From: Dehalococcoidia bacterium
GTDB lineage: Bacteria > Chloroflexota > Dehalococcoidia > UBA6926
Assembly: GCA_965224255.1 (NCBI GenBank)
Contig: CBDCYO010000001.1
Coordinates: forward strand, 12,456 to 76,455
DNA: 64,000 bases
Reading direction: 5' to 3'
Below the pieces are notes generated by a model that was given only the letters and a program-made list of their open reading frames with translations, ran no database searches and was not told where the DNA came from. Position numbers and translations under genes: made by a program. This document shows positions 38,869 through 51,070 of this stretch, piece after piece. Every line of letters begins with the position of its first letter. The first letter of the stretch is position 1.

Positions 38869-39585
38869 TTATCCCACCGGTCGCACGCCGCGGGCGCCGG
38901 TCGTCGTGACATCCACACCGACCAACGTCAGCCGAAGCGTCCCGGTATATTGCCGTCGCTCTGAGCCGGAAACCGGCTGACCCGCCGCATCGGCACCGCA
39001 GCGCTTCCCGAACTTTTCCAGGTAGATCAACCCGTCGGTCACCGCATGCACCTCGCGGGCGATGCGGCCCATCCCCAGAGCCTCCGATACCCGGCGGCTC
39101 CGAACAATCTTCTCCAAGTCAGCCAACAGGTTGCCGACGCCCCAGATCACGTACACTCCCGTGCGCTTGGCCAATTGATTGATGGCCAGATCGGGCTCCA
39201 TGTCCGGAAACATCAACACCGGAATGACGTACGGGTTGTAGTGGGTTTCGGCCAGCTCCTTGATGTCGTCGTGCCAGTCCAACGCAGCCAGCTTGGCCTC
39301 GTCCAGCGGGCACGACTTGACCGGCTGGAGGCCGTCCCGGGTCTTCAAATACCACTCGCCGTCGATGAGCAAGTAGCGGCCGCCCTTCACCTGCAGCGCG
39401 AAGCGGCCCAGCCCTTCGATCCACACGGCGTAGTCAAGCTCGATGTGTTCATATCCCTTGCGCCACTCGTAATAGCAAAAGCCCCGGCGGTCGCTGCCTG
39501 CCAGGGCTTCGTAAACTCGTCTTTCCGCCTGCCGCTTCGGCTTCCTGCGGCGGCCGGACGGAAACTCTCGCGGGTACATTCTCAT
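38869..39585 (-). CDS. NERD (nuclease-related domain) protein
   Basis: AERRVYEALAG...IELDYAVWIEGLGRFALQVKGGRY fits the NERD pattern (E..V..L ... ID.vv ... iEvK). Confidence 0.75.
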   Translation of the reverse strand: MRMYPREFPSGRRRKPKRQAERRVYEALAGSDRRGFCYYEWRKGYEHIELDYAVWIEGLGRFALQVKGGRYLLIDGEWYLKTRDGLQPVKSCPLDEAKLAALDWHDDIKELAETHYNPYVIPVLMFPDMEPDLAINQLAKRTGVYVIWGVGNLLADLEKIVRSRRVSEALGMGRIAREVHAVTDGLIYLEKFGKRCGADAAGQPVSGSERRQYTGTLRLTLVGVDVTTTGARGVRPVG

Positions 39586-39748
39586 GGGTTATTGTTGCTC
39601 CTTTGATGCGCTGCTTTTGATATTGTCACGGGATGAGATATTCACTCGCCGACACCAACGCCCGACCAGAATGGCGTCTGGGTTGCTCGGTCCTAAACCG
39701 GTTTCGCGCTGTTCACCATCACCACGCCGCCCGAGGAGACGATGCTCC

Positions 39749-40475
39749 ATGCCTCTGAAACTGCTCAACTGGAATGTCGAGTGGGCCGCGGCCAAGTGGA
39801 AAGCGGCGGAGCTGCAGCGCCGCATTGCCCAGCACGCTGCGGACATCGTCTGTCTCACCGAGACCGACACCGCGCGTTTGGCGTTGACAGGCGGCTACTC
39901 CATCTGCGCCCAGGACAACTGGGGTCAACCCTTCCGAAAGGGTCAGGAGGGGCAGGCGGAAGGTCCTGCTGTGGTCCAGAGCGCCCTGGGAGGCCGTGGC
40001 TGCTGTTGGCCACGCATCGCTCCCGCCCGGGCGATTCGTGGCCGGCGTCACCCAAACCAGCGTCGGCGAGGTAACGGTGATCGGCGTCTGCATTCCCTAC
40101 TCCGGCTCGCGAGTGGGTACCCGTTGGGACCGGAAGATGTGGCAGGACCACGAGGAGTATCTGGCTGGCCTGGCCGGATTGCTGAAACGGGCTCCCAGAA
40201 CGCGCCTCGTCGTGGTGGGAGATTTCAACCAGCGGATCGGGCAACGCAGTGCAACGCCGCTCCGCCTCCGCGCAGCCCTCCAGTCCACCCTCGGGCCGAA
40301 CCTGTTGATCGCCACCGCGGGCCTGGGCTTTCAGGGGCGGAGAACCATCGACCACATCGCGTTGAGCCAAGACCTCGCCGCCGACTCCCTCGGCGTCATC
40401 AGCAACGTCCATCAGGACGGGAATCTGTCGGACCATTTCGGCGTTGTTGCCGACCTTTCCGTTCGGGGTATGTAA
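39749..40475 (+). pseudogene. endonuclease/exonuclease/phosphatase (EEP) family gene with a frameshift in a G-run (~39935-39950)
   Basis: N-terminal MPLKLLNWNVEW...IVCLTETD in one frame; C-terminal ...VIGVCIPYSG...VVVGDFNQ...TIDHIA...SDHFGVVADL in the other (ORF 39996-40475). Confidence 0.6.
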
Positions 40476-40698
40476 CAGAAGATCCCGGCCAGGAACGCAT
40501 GGCTATCGCCGGCTCCGCCACCAACACGACCAAACCGACGGCGTGCAGCGGCCATCCAGGGTACAACCGGATATCGGTTGCGCCGTGGGTTCGTTGATGG
40601 GCACGGTGCGGAGTTGCGGGTTCGGCTCCTGTTATCGTGCGCAGGGAGGCAACCGCGATGGCTGAGCGTAGCTACATCAGAGCATCGTTTGCGACAAC

Positions 40699-42882
40699 TT
40701 ACAGCCCGTTATCGTCCAGCAAATCTTCAATCTGCGCGAGACTTAACCCGGCTTCACGCTGGATTTTCCGCACGCACGACTTGGCGCCGTTCTCCACGTT
40801 GGGCGTGCCGAACGCCTCGTGCTCACGGCCTTGGAGAGCCGTCACCGCTTTGCGGATGTTGGACCAGCTCTGATGGGTCTGGCTGCGGATCGCCTTCACT
40901 CGTTCCCATCTCCCGTCACCGGCATCAACCAGATCCGTCAGCGACCCCGCAATGCGGGGCTTCAGCAGCGTGGCGCCTCGGGCCGTGGTTGATCGAGGCT
41001 GGCCACATTCAGGCAGCCGTGAAACGTCGCTGCCGTACTGTTGGTCATCGCCGACCATATCCGGCATCAGATCGGCCTCATGAGCCTGACGGTTCAGCAG
41101 ATGCATCGCTTTATCCCGTGAGCTGGTGAAAATCGCCCGCTTGTCCACCGGCCTGTTTTCCAGTTCGTTCAGCTCATCTTGCCACCGGACCAATTCCGAG
41201 CGCAGATTTCCTTCCCACTCACCGAATATACGACGCTCCTGCACCCGGTTCGGAGGGTCCGGCAAGGCGCCGACATACTCGCTGAACAATCTCTCCAGTT
41301 CATCGTCGTCGTTCAACGCCGATTGACGCTGGCTTATCCAACGGCGCAGTTCGTTCCTCCGGGCGTCGCTCGCCCCCGCGCTGCTCTGCCGCTCCGCCTC
41401 AAGGAGTTCCTTGAACAGGGCGGACAGCCGGTTGGCGAGTTCATCGTCAATCTCGGCGTCGCCGGGGAAAGTCATGGCGTCCTCCGGGTCATGCTGGCCA
41501 ACCAGTTCATCCAACGGCGGCGCGATGGGCAGGTGCGCCTGGATATGGGCGTCGATGTGGCAAAGGTCGCAGACCCGCGCGTGGCCATCGCCGCAGTGAC
41601 CCTCGTATTGCCAGCGTTTGTGAGCCCGCCACCGACCGCAGCGATTGCAGTCTTTGCCGAAGGCGTGCCCACAGCCCAGGCAGTGGTGGCTGGCGGCGGG
41701 AGATGCCACGCCACACCAGGATGTGGGACACCAGACCACCGGCGGTGCGCCCAATGCCGGGGCTCCCCGCGCTGCCAACGACCATTCACAGCGTTTCTCG
41801 GGCAGCCCGTGGGTCAAGGCGTTCGCGGCCAAATCCAGAATCAGACAATCGCCTCGATCAGGTTTGGGTCGCAGGCCTCGGCCCACCATCTGCAGGTAGA
41901 GCGCAAGGCTCAGCGTGGGTCGGGCGATGATAACGCAGGATGCGTCGGGCAGGTCGAACCCCTCGGTGGCGACAATAACGTTGACCAGGACTTTGACACT
42001 CCCGTCCCGAAATCCTGCGATCGCCCCGTCGCGTGCTCTGCGTTCGGTGTCGCCCAATATGACCACGGCGCGGACGCCGGCATCATTGAACACGGAGGTC
42101 AGATTGTGAGCGTGATCAACGGATACGGCATACGCGATGGTGGGGCGGTTGTTGGCATGCTGTCGCCAGAAGGCCAGCGCCCCGGCGGTCATTACGTCCG
42201 GGTCGTCCCGGTTGGCCTGCGCTATGCCGGCTTCGGTGTAATCGCCGAGGCGGTGATCTATCGCGCCACCCGAGATACGCCGCTCCACGACAGGCAACAA
42301 TACTCGGGCCGAGCACAGGAATGGAGGATCGTGAACCTGCAGGTCGGCAGTCTGTGGTCCACAGAGCAGGTCGTCAAACAGGTGGTCGAACCCCTCTGTT
42401 TCCGACCTGCGCCACGGGGTCGCGGTCATGCCGACGATGGGGCCGGGCCACTGCTCCATGGCCCGCGCCCAGCCTGCGGCGGCGGCGTGGTGAGCCTCGT
42501 CGATCACCATCAGGTCGTTCGGATTGTAACGGTTCCAGACCTGACGTCTGTCAGTGCGTCGACCTACGGTCTGAGCCATGAGAATGACGACCCCGCCGTC
42601 CATGGCCGGGGCGTCGGTTCCCGGTGGCCAGCGGATATTCGTCCTTGCCGAAACGCCGGCATCGGCCAGCATCCCACGGGTCTGCTCGGCCAGCTCCTTG
42701 CGGTGGGTGAGCCAGACCGCCTTGCGGTTATCGTCTAGCCAACGGGCAAGCAGGGCGCCGCCGATGACGGTCTTGCCGCCTCCGGTGGGTAATTAGAGCA
42801 TCAGCCGCCCTTTGGGATAACCAGCCAGGGCGTTCTGAACCCGGCTGAGAAGGTCCTGCTGATAGGGGCGGAGTTGGCGCAT
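40699..42882 (-). pseudogene. SF2 DEAD/DEAH-box (ResIII-like) helicase with Cys-rich zinc-finger region; in-frame TAA at codon ~29
   Basis: RC of 42760-42882 gives MRQLRPYQQDLL...GRLML*LPTGGGKT (Walker A after stop). Downstream: VIDEAHH, MTATP, VATEGFDLP, QMVGRGLR; CPTSWC...CLGCGH...CNRCG...CDLCH. Confidence 0.7.
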
Positions 42883-44330
42883 GACGACGCAATTCTATCC
42901 ACCTGCCGGCCGGGGTCAAACACGGAGTTACGCCTCACTCCGGTCCTCACCACATCCGGGGACTTCACCAATTCGGATTGCGGGCTACGGCCGAGATTCA
43001 GCATCTATGCTCTTGCGCTGGGAACCGCCTGGCGATGTTCCAACTCACCACCCTGATCATGACATCCGCCTCCGCGGGACCAGTCGCCGGACCGGCTTGT
43101 CCCGGCTGCCCATAAATGTCCGATAAATAGCCCTTATCATACTTTTATGACGGCCTCATTTTTCGGCGCTGATGGTGTCTATTTTCAACGTGATTAGGCA
43201 GGCATGGTAATGGGGGATCCAAGCGGGAACGCCGCCGCGCCATCCCGTAGCCCAGCCCTTCGTGCTCCAGCCCGGCTTGACCCTCCCCGCCAGCCTCATT
43301 GCGATGCTACCCGCAATCTGGACCGGGCCTCAGGCCCTCACTCCAGCCTGGATACTCCGCTCCCACAGGGAACGGACGCTCCCTGGTTTCGTCGCCCGTT
43401 CCACCACTCATCAACGCAGGCATCCTGCGGGGAGAGTCATGGTAAAAATCGACCTGATCGTAACCTAGGACACCCCTGATGATGTCATCTCCGTCCTCCG
43501 CCTGATCGCCTTGGGCAAGGCGGCGGCGGAAAGGCCAGCCAGCGCCGACAGGGTGGCCGCTGCACCAGCCACAGACCCGGAGCCAATCACCGCAGTCCAG
43601 GCCGCTCCGGCGACAGTCCCCGCGGGACACTGGGCCGACGACCACGTGACTGCTTTCTGGCGGTTCCTCACCGATGACGTCCGCGACATCTACCGCCTGG
43701 TGGCCCATAGCAACAGGCACACCATCGCGCGCGATTCCCTGCTCAACGCCGTGTGAATCACCGCCCGCCCACTCTCCGGCCGACTGTCCTCAACAGGGCC
43801 ACGCCGTACGACGCATCCGCCTCCATCACAACCCCAGCCTGCCCCACCCCATGTCCTTCGACAACCAGTCCGACACCTACCGGATGCGACCCGACATCGC
43901 CGATGCCATCCTCCGGCTCAATCTCTGAACTCCGGCGCACTGACGGCCGGAGACTCTGTCCGCACCCTGGCCTGGCTGAGGAGGCGGAGCGGCAAACGTC
44001 GTGTTTTGGTGTCCCGAAATTGGGGGATTGCGACCAACCGGTCCAGCTCGCTCCCCACGCTGTAATCGGCCGGCACGACGCAGTGGACCCGTCCGGCTTC
44101 CGAAGTGTCCACAACGCTACATTGGCCGCTTTTTTAGAAAACCGGAAGGCTATGGTTCTTTCGCCCTTGTGGTTGAAAACTCCGCAATCTTGTAGTTCCG
44201 ACGCTAGGCATTCAGCATCGCCACTCTGTTAACCTTTGACACGGTGAATATGCCACCCGGTAAATTTGCGGTTTCGTCAATTGCCGTAGTCACGTAGCTA
44301 AAACACCAGCCTTACAGAAAGGAATAGCGT

Positions 44331-45017
44331 ATGGCAACTATCGGCTTCGTATCCTGGAAAGGCGGCACCGGCAAGACCCTCCTCGCGTTCAATACCGCCG
44401 AGAGGGCAACGGCTGCCGGCATCAAAACGGTTTTGTGCGACTTCGACCCTCAGCCCACATCCTTGCGTCAATGCCAACTCCGCGCCACCCACAGCCCCAA
44501 CGCTCCCAAGCTCAACGCCGTGAAAGGCTCATTGTCCGGAGACGGCATTGCGGCCCTCCAGAAGATGGCACTGACTGGCGACCAAGAACTCCTAGTCTGC
44601 GATATGCCCGGTGCCGATTCATTCACCATGGACCACGCCCTAGGCATCCTTGACCTGATCCTGATACCCATAACGGCCGCGCCCTACGAAATCATGATCA
44701 CGGCGAATCTGGTACATCGTGGCGTACAAAATGGCTGGAACATGGCCCTTGTACCCAATAACCTGCCGTCCATCAAGACCCGCCGCCAGCAGTTGCTAGT
44801 CACCCTAACTGGAATGGGCATCCCGATAGCGCCCGCAAGTTTGATCCGTCGTGTTACCCACTGGGACGCTATCCTGGCCGGCTTGGGAGTCTGCGAGTTC
44901 GCCCCCAATAGCCCGGCCGCCGCCGAGATGCAGGTGCTATGGGATTGGCTGTCCAAACAGATCAGTCTTATCGAAAACCAACAGCCTGATCTTAACGAGG
45001 AGATTCTCTATGCCTGA
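44331..45017 (+). CDS. parA: ParA/MinD-family partition ATPase
   Basis: GAAAGGAA RBS; deviant Walker A SWKGGTGKT; DFDPQ. Confidence 0.9.
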   Translation: MATIGFVSWKGGTGKTLLAFNTAERATAAGIKTVLCDFDPQPTSLRQCQLRATHSPNAPKLNAVKGSLSGDGIAALQKMALTGDQELLVCDMPGADSFTMDHALGILDLILIPITAAPYEIMITANLVHRGVQNGWNMALVPNNLPSIKTRRQQLLVTLTGMGIPIAPASLIRRVTHWDAILAGLGVCEFAPNSPAAAEMQVLWDWLSKQISLIENQQPDLNEEILYA

Positions 45018-45375
45018 CGGACGCACCGCCGACCTCCAGTCGCTTTCCACTACAACCGAGCTAGATTTCCCCGAGTTGGGCGCTCCGCAACTCGACCCCA
45101 ACCTAATATCCTTGGACGAACTTGACGACGAGACCATGCGGGAATACTTGCTGCAACGGGGATTCGAGATGCACCACCGGCGTTCCCCGAAGGGCGTCAT
45201 ATCTCGCACAGATGACGTGAAGGGGAAAAAGCGACTCACTTCCCATATCACGGTTGCACTACGCCGCAGCATCCAGTACGCCACCATTGAGGCAGACATG
45301 ACCTTGTCGGAAATTACTGAAGAAGCACTCAGGGACTGGCTGAACAAAAGGGGTTTCCGACAGCCGGGGCAATAG
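45014..45375 (+). CDS. ParG-like ribbon-helix-helix partition/regulatory protein
   Basis: Start overlaps parA stop; C-terminal KKRLTSHITVALRRSIQYATIEADMTLSEITEEALRDWL is RHH-like. Confidence 0.6.
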
Positions 45376-45573
45376 ACTGTCCACTGCCCCAATGCACAAC
45401 ATTTTGCCCAACTGGCGAACGATAGCCCGAAATCCAGCGACCAATGCTTGACAACCTACCTAAATAGCCGTTAGTCTCAATTCAGTCGCAAAAGGCCCCG
45501 TTTGCCACAATTTGGCGCACTCTGTAACCAATCGCATCACGGCCACGAGACTGACGGCGACTTGGAGCCTAAC

Positions 45574-45774
45574 ATGACGACGAGCACGGAAAAACGCAGG
45601 CGACGCGCTACCGCGAATCTAGATAACGAAACGTGGAAACGCCTCGATCGAATTGTAAAACGTGACGGTTTGAAGCCATCCGAGATACTGAAGCTCGCGG
45701 TAGCCGACTACCTACGCAAAGACGAACTCGCTTACCCTTTGAACCTACCGTCCGCGACGGACCGGCGCCTATGA
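45574..45774 (+). CDS. RHH/CopG-family small DNA-binding protein
   Basis: RRATANLDNETWKRLDRIVKRDGLKPSEILKLAVADYL; the ORF track allows an earlier start at 45502. Confidence 0.45.
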   Translation: MTTSTEKRRRRATANLDNETWKRLDRIVKRDGLKPSEILKLAVADYLRKDELAYPLNLPSATDRRL

Positions 45775-45796
45775 ACGGCTATGAAATTTAGATAAT

Positions 45797-45845
45797 AAAA
45801 AAGGCCAATCGACTTTCTGACGGAGGATTGGCCTAACAAATACCC
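45797..45845 (-). terminator. hairpin plus T-run (reads as terminator on - strand; A-run on + strand, possibly bidirectional)
   Basis: aaaaaaaggccaatc...gattggcct: 8-bp stem AGGCCAAT/ATTGGCCT; on - strand followed by TTTTTTTATTATC. Confidence 0.4.
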
Positions 45846-46261
45846 ACCCCACCAAAGCAAAGACGGGATTACACGGTCGCTCGCGATGAGTGCCGATAGG
45901 GTATTCTTATGCCAAAGATAGCACATCCTACAGAACGTAACAATACTAGGACCACCCCATTCGGTGCAATTCCCGGGCAAGGACGCCACAGCGGCCGGGA
46001 CACTGTGGAACACAGGGACCCCGACCAACAGCCGAGGCGTACCGTCTACACCCGCATGATTGCCATAGACTCCGATCGAATCGGAGTTGCGACATCGGCA
46101 GGCAAGCTGGATAAACCCAACCAGCACGTGCTCAACCTGTCGCGCCACTGCCGTCGAGACAAGATCATGCTGGCGGACAGAGACATCCCGCCGCGGCACC
46201 AGCTGTCCTACCCTGATATTGGAGAAAGCACGGTCGCGGAGAATGGCAATACCGCATCAAG

Positions 46262-47479
46262 ATGCGGCCAGCCATGACAACCCACCAGAACGGCAAAAGA
46301 GTTTCCGTAACGCAAAACGGCAAAACTTTTTCGGCTGACACAGAACCGCCGGCCAACACGGTGGCTGATCGGGTCTACGAGATAATCGACGACCTATCCG
46401 GCAAGGCGGGCAAGCCGGTGTGGTTTGCTCAGAAGGAACTTGCCGAGTTTCTAGGAGTAACGCCGCAGACACTGTCGCTGGCCATCAGCGAACTCAAAGC
46501 CGACGGGCTGATCAGCGTAACGCGAACGGGCAAGAAGTTCTCTTACATGGCTATCCGGACAGAGACACAACTCCCAATGATAGCAGCCATCACGGCCCAG
46601 CGGTCCCGTACGGAGTCAATAGCTGCAGAGGCCCCACCAAATGACGCGCCTGCCAATGATGCCAATCACGAGGAACCCACCAAAACCAAGCCGACAGCTT
46701 CGGAGACCATATGTGAAGATGACCTTAAGTTAACCATAAGTACAGATGAAGTACCGCCGAAGCAACTCCAAAGTTCACCTGAAGCTCAGCACGATGATGG
46801 GTTAAGGACCCAACAAAGCCACCGCAAGAAAGGCCGAAAGAACTCCCAATCATCGGGTAAATCAACACCGTTCAAGCCGATAACTGCAAAAAACGCAGAC
46901 GCTGATGAAATCTGGCGCAAAGCTATGACGAAAATCAAGTTGTCCCTACCGACAGACCTCTATGATTCGTTCTTGGCTCCTACAGCAGCCCTCAGCCTAA
47001 CGGAGAGCGAAATCACGATAGCAACACAGTCTGACTTCGCCAAGGAATGGCTCATGTTGCCACTCCACCACACCATCGCGGCCGAGGCGGTCATGTCGGT
47101 CACCAACCGCACACTAGAAGTCCGGTATGAAGTCGAACCAGATGCATGCTCGCCAATTCCACCAAAAGCTAATGATTCTGCACCACTGCAACGCACGGAC
47201 CTAGATTCGTCACCCTGCCCCTCATGCGGTGCAGGTACCATGCAGCCGACTACCTGGCAGAGTGTCATGGCGTTGCCAGGCGATACGTACTTTTGTCGCA
47301 ACACAGGCTCGTGCTCCAGGCTTTGGAATTCGATTGTCGGCGAGTTCTGGTCCCCACACCAAAGCGAGCTAGGCCCGACGGAAGTTAGAGACCGGTTGAA
47401 GCAGCAGCTGACGCAAGTCGCTGGGCCCACGCGCGCGCGCGCCGGCCCGGTTCCCGGTAACTTAAAGTTACCGTATTAA
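46262..47479 (+). CDS. replication-initiator-like protein: N-terminal wHTH, low-complexity linker, DnaA_N-like C-terminal segment
   Basis: VWFAQKELAEFLGVTPQTLSLAISELKADGLISV (HTH). EIWRKAMTKIKLSLPTDLYDSFLAPTAALSLTESEITIATQSDFAKEWL resembles the DnaA N-terminal domain. Lower GC. Confidence 0.55.
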   Translation: MRPAMTTHQNGKRVSVTQNGKTFSADTEPPANTVADRVYEIIDDLSGKAGKPVWFAQKELAEFLGVTPQTLSLAISELKADGLISVTRTGKKFSYMAIRTETQLPMIAAITAQRSRTESIAAEAPPNDAPANDANHEEPTKTKPTASETICEDDLKLTISTDEVPPKQLQSSPEAQHDDGLRTQQSHRKKGRKNSQSSGKSTPFKPITAKNADADEIWRKAMTKIKLSLPTDLYDSFLAPTAALSLTESEITIATQSDFAKEWLMLPLHHTIAAEAVMSVTNRTLEVRYEVEPDACSPIPPKANDSAPLQRTDLDSSPCPSCGAGTMQPTTWQSVMALPGDTYFCRNTGSCSRLWNSIVGEFWSPHQSELGPTEVRDRLKQQLTQVAGPTRARAGPVPGNLKLPY

Positions 47480-47519
47480 TACGAAACTATCTTTTTGAAC
47501 CGGGCCGGCCCGGTTCAAA
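47440..47519. promoter_or_regulatory. cluster of palindromes and direct repeats at Rep gene 3' end, followed by ~600-bp AT-richer non-coding region (candidate origin)
   Basis: GGTAACTTAAAGTTACC and TTGAACCGGGCCGGCCCGGTTCAA palindromes; GCCGGCCCGGTTC twice. Confidence 0.3.
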
Positions 47520-48114
47520 ATCAGCCAGAATAAAGCGTGAAATTCCTGTCGAGTTCGAGAATTTACCAGTACGCCAGTTGGTTAGGTTCAGACTCTGCAA
47601 GTTTTGCAACTTACGGTCTTACCAGCATACGAATACGCACCGTCACAAATTCGCATAGTGACATAGTTACAGCTACACGACTACGTCAATCCGGAAGGTA
47701 GTGGACTTGCATATCCCACGTTTACAACCGTTGTTGGTAGGCCGGAGATAGCTTGCAACATAGAGCAGTGGGCCAGGTTATCTCGGTTGATGGTGAGCCA
47801 GTACACAGCGACCGCCGCCAAGATTAGCGTCTATTACTGGGCCCCGGGGGGCGCGCCACGGTTCTGGGTTCGATATCACAACATTCCCTGGAGGAACTTG
47901 GGCAGCCAACGATGGCGCGGTGCTAAGGTCTGGATGCTGACCTGAAGGAGCCGGATTTGCGAACACAACCGGGGCAGGACTGGGAACATATGTTGGCGTG
48001 GCAGTTCAGGCAACTGCTTCCGGTGGAGGAATATCTGGATGAACTGCCCAGCGTATTCGCCTGGCTGGCTTCGGAAACTTCTATCAACGACCCTATACCG
48101 GTGTTATCGTTACT

Positions 48115-49506
48115 ATGGAAAACCTGAGTGATATCCTGCGCCGTACCGTCTCAAACCGGCCCAGTCGCCCGGTCGATGACACGGTTCATGACCAGCCTAC
48201 TCGTTCTGATGCCGGGAAGTGCCCGATCTGCAATGGAGTGGGATGGCTGACGACCAACGTTCCCGTGACCCACCCTGATTTCGGGCGGGTTTATCCGTGT
48301 GAATGTCAGGAGTCCGATCTCAACGGTGCGCGGCGTAGCAAAGCCCTGGAGCGTTACAGCCGGCTGGGAATTCTCCGAGAGTCTACTTTTGCTGCTGTGA
48401 ACCCCGCTGGTCCCACGGCTGACATTGTCAGCACCCGTGCCTTCGTCGCGGTTCTGGATGCGGCAGTCCGATATGCTGAGGATCCGTTCGGTTGGTTTAC
48501 CATCACTGGCCCCAGCGGCGCTGGCAAGACCTATTTGGCCGCTGCGATTGTCAACCGGCAGATTGACCTGGGCAACCCTGCTCTGCTGATCACCGCTGCT
48601 GACCTGTTGGATTACCTCAGGACCGGCTTTGACAACGACTACGAAGAGCCCAGCTTCGCCGATATGTTCGAACAGGTCCGCAATGCTTCGTTCCTGGCGT
48701 TGGATAACTTGCCGGTTAATCCCACGACGTCGTGGGGGCAGGACCGGTTGTTACAGCTGCTGGCGCACCGCCATTCGGTGCGATTGCCAACGGTGATCAC
48801 CGTGCGGGGTTCCCTTGACCAGGCGGATGACTTCCTCAGAACCCGCCTCAATACTGCTGACGGCTTCTCCAAGGTGTACAGCTTGGGCCGCCCGGTAAAT
48901 GTCGCCATGCGCAAACTGGGAGAGATACCCGCGGCTATGGCGGACCGCATGACGTTCGATGCTTTCCGGACCGATGGTGGCGGCATATTCACTCCCGAGG
49001 AGGCCGCCGCTTTTGCGGTCGCCCACGCCTACGTCAAACGCTGGGCCCATGCCGAACGTCCGAATGGATGGCTGATGCTCATGGGGCCCTATGGAGTGGG
49101 CAAGACCCACCTGGCCGTGGCGGCTGCCGTGGTGCGCCGGAATCTGGGCGATGATGTGTACTTTTCCACCGTCGCCAATTTGCTGGACCACCTACGGGCT
49201 GCTTATAGTCCTGATAGCGCCGTCGCTCACGCTGACCTGCTGATGCGGATCAGCAGCGCCCAGTTGCTGGTGCTGGATGACCTGGGAGCGGAGCGCAACA
49301 CGCCCTTCGCCGAGGATAAGCTCTTCCAGATCGTCAATCACCGTTATGAGGAGCGTCTGCCCACCATCATCACCACGTCGGACCGGCTGTCCGACATTGA
49401 TGCGGCCCGCCCGCGTATCGCGTCGCGCCTCCTGGACAAGATGGTGGTTACCGTGCTGCCACTGCAGGGGCCGGACTATCGTAGACACAGCGTTCCCGGG
49501 GGATAA
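48115..49506 (+). CDS. tandem DnaC/IstB-like AAA+ ATPase (two modules) with N-terminal Cys4 zinc-binding motif; putative helicase loader
   Basis: CPICNGVGW...YPCEC. Module 1 GPSGAGKTYLAAAI with degenerate Walker B FLALDNL. Module 2 GPYGVGKTHLAVAA with LLVLDDLG. Confidence 0.8.
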   Translation: MENLSDILRRTVSNRPSRPVDDTVHDQPTRSDAGKCPICNGVGWLTTNVPVTHPDFGRVYPCECQESDLNGARRSKALERYSRLGILRESTFAAVNPAGPTADIVSTRAFVAVLDAAVRYAEDPFGWFTITGPSGAGKTYLAAAIVNRQIDLGNPALLITAADLLDYLRTGFDNDYEEPSFADMFEQVRNASFLALDNLPVNPTTSWGQDRLLQLLAHRHSVRLPTVITVRGSLDQADDFLRTRLNTADGFSKVYSLGRPVNVAMRKLGEIPAAMADRMTFDAFRTDGGGIFTPEEAAAFAVAHAYVKRWAHAERPNGWLMLMGPYGVGKTHLAVAAAVVRRNLGDDVYFSTVANLLDHLRAAYSPDSAVAHADLLMRISSAQLLVLDDLGAERNTPFAEDKLFQIVNHRYEERLPTIITTSDRLSDIDAARPRIASRLLDKMVVTVLPLQGPDYRRHSVPGG

Positions 49507-49889
49507 ATCGCTCAGTATCCATAGACCTCAGCCGGACAATGACGTCGGCGACGTCCGGAACCATCCGGTATTGCGCGGATCGGGAGTCGATCGGCATGAG
49601 CGCCTTTGCGGCGAGATCGATGCGGACGAAAAGTTGGCGAGGTGGACTTCGCGTGACGGTACCGGGTGGATTTAATGATGCTACCAGGTGGAATCAGAGA
49701 CGACCTGGCACTCAGATACTCGTTGTGAGCACGGTGGCCAACCGGTCGAGGCGCTGGAGCATGCGTGACACGGCCTCTGTGCAGGGCACTGCATCTATGG
49801 TCAGGCTAACGATGGTCGATCAACGTGGGGTTGTCCGGAGTGCGCGCCGAGTGGAGGTACGCAGTTGGCGAAGGTGTCAAGGGCGGGGG

Positions 49890-51070
<1,181 letters not shown>

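Noticed and set aside
39584-40597. 337-aa single ORF spanning the EEP region
   Set aside because: Only its first part (MPLKLLNWNVEW...IVCLTETD) is EEP-like. The rest is Arg/Pro-rich nonsense, while the alternative frame (39996-40475) carries the EEP C-terminal motifs. Interpreted as a frameshifted EEP gene.
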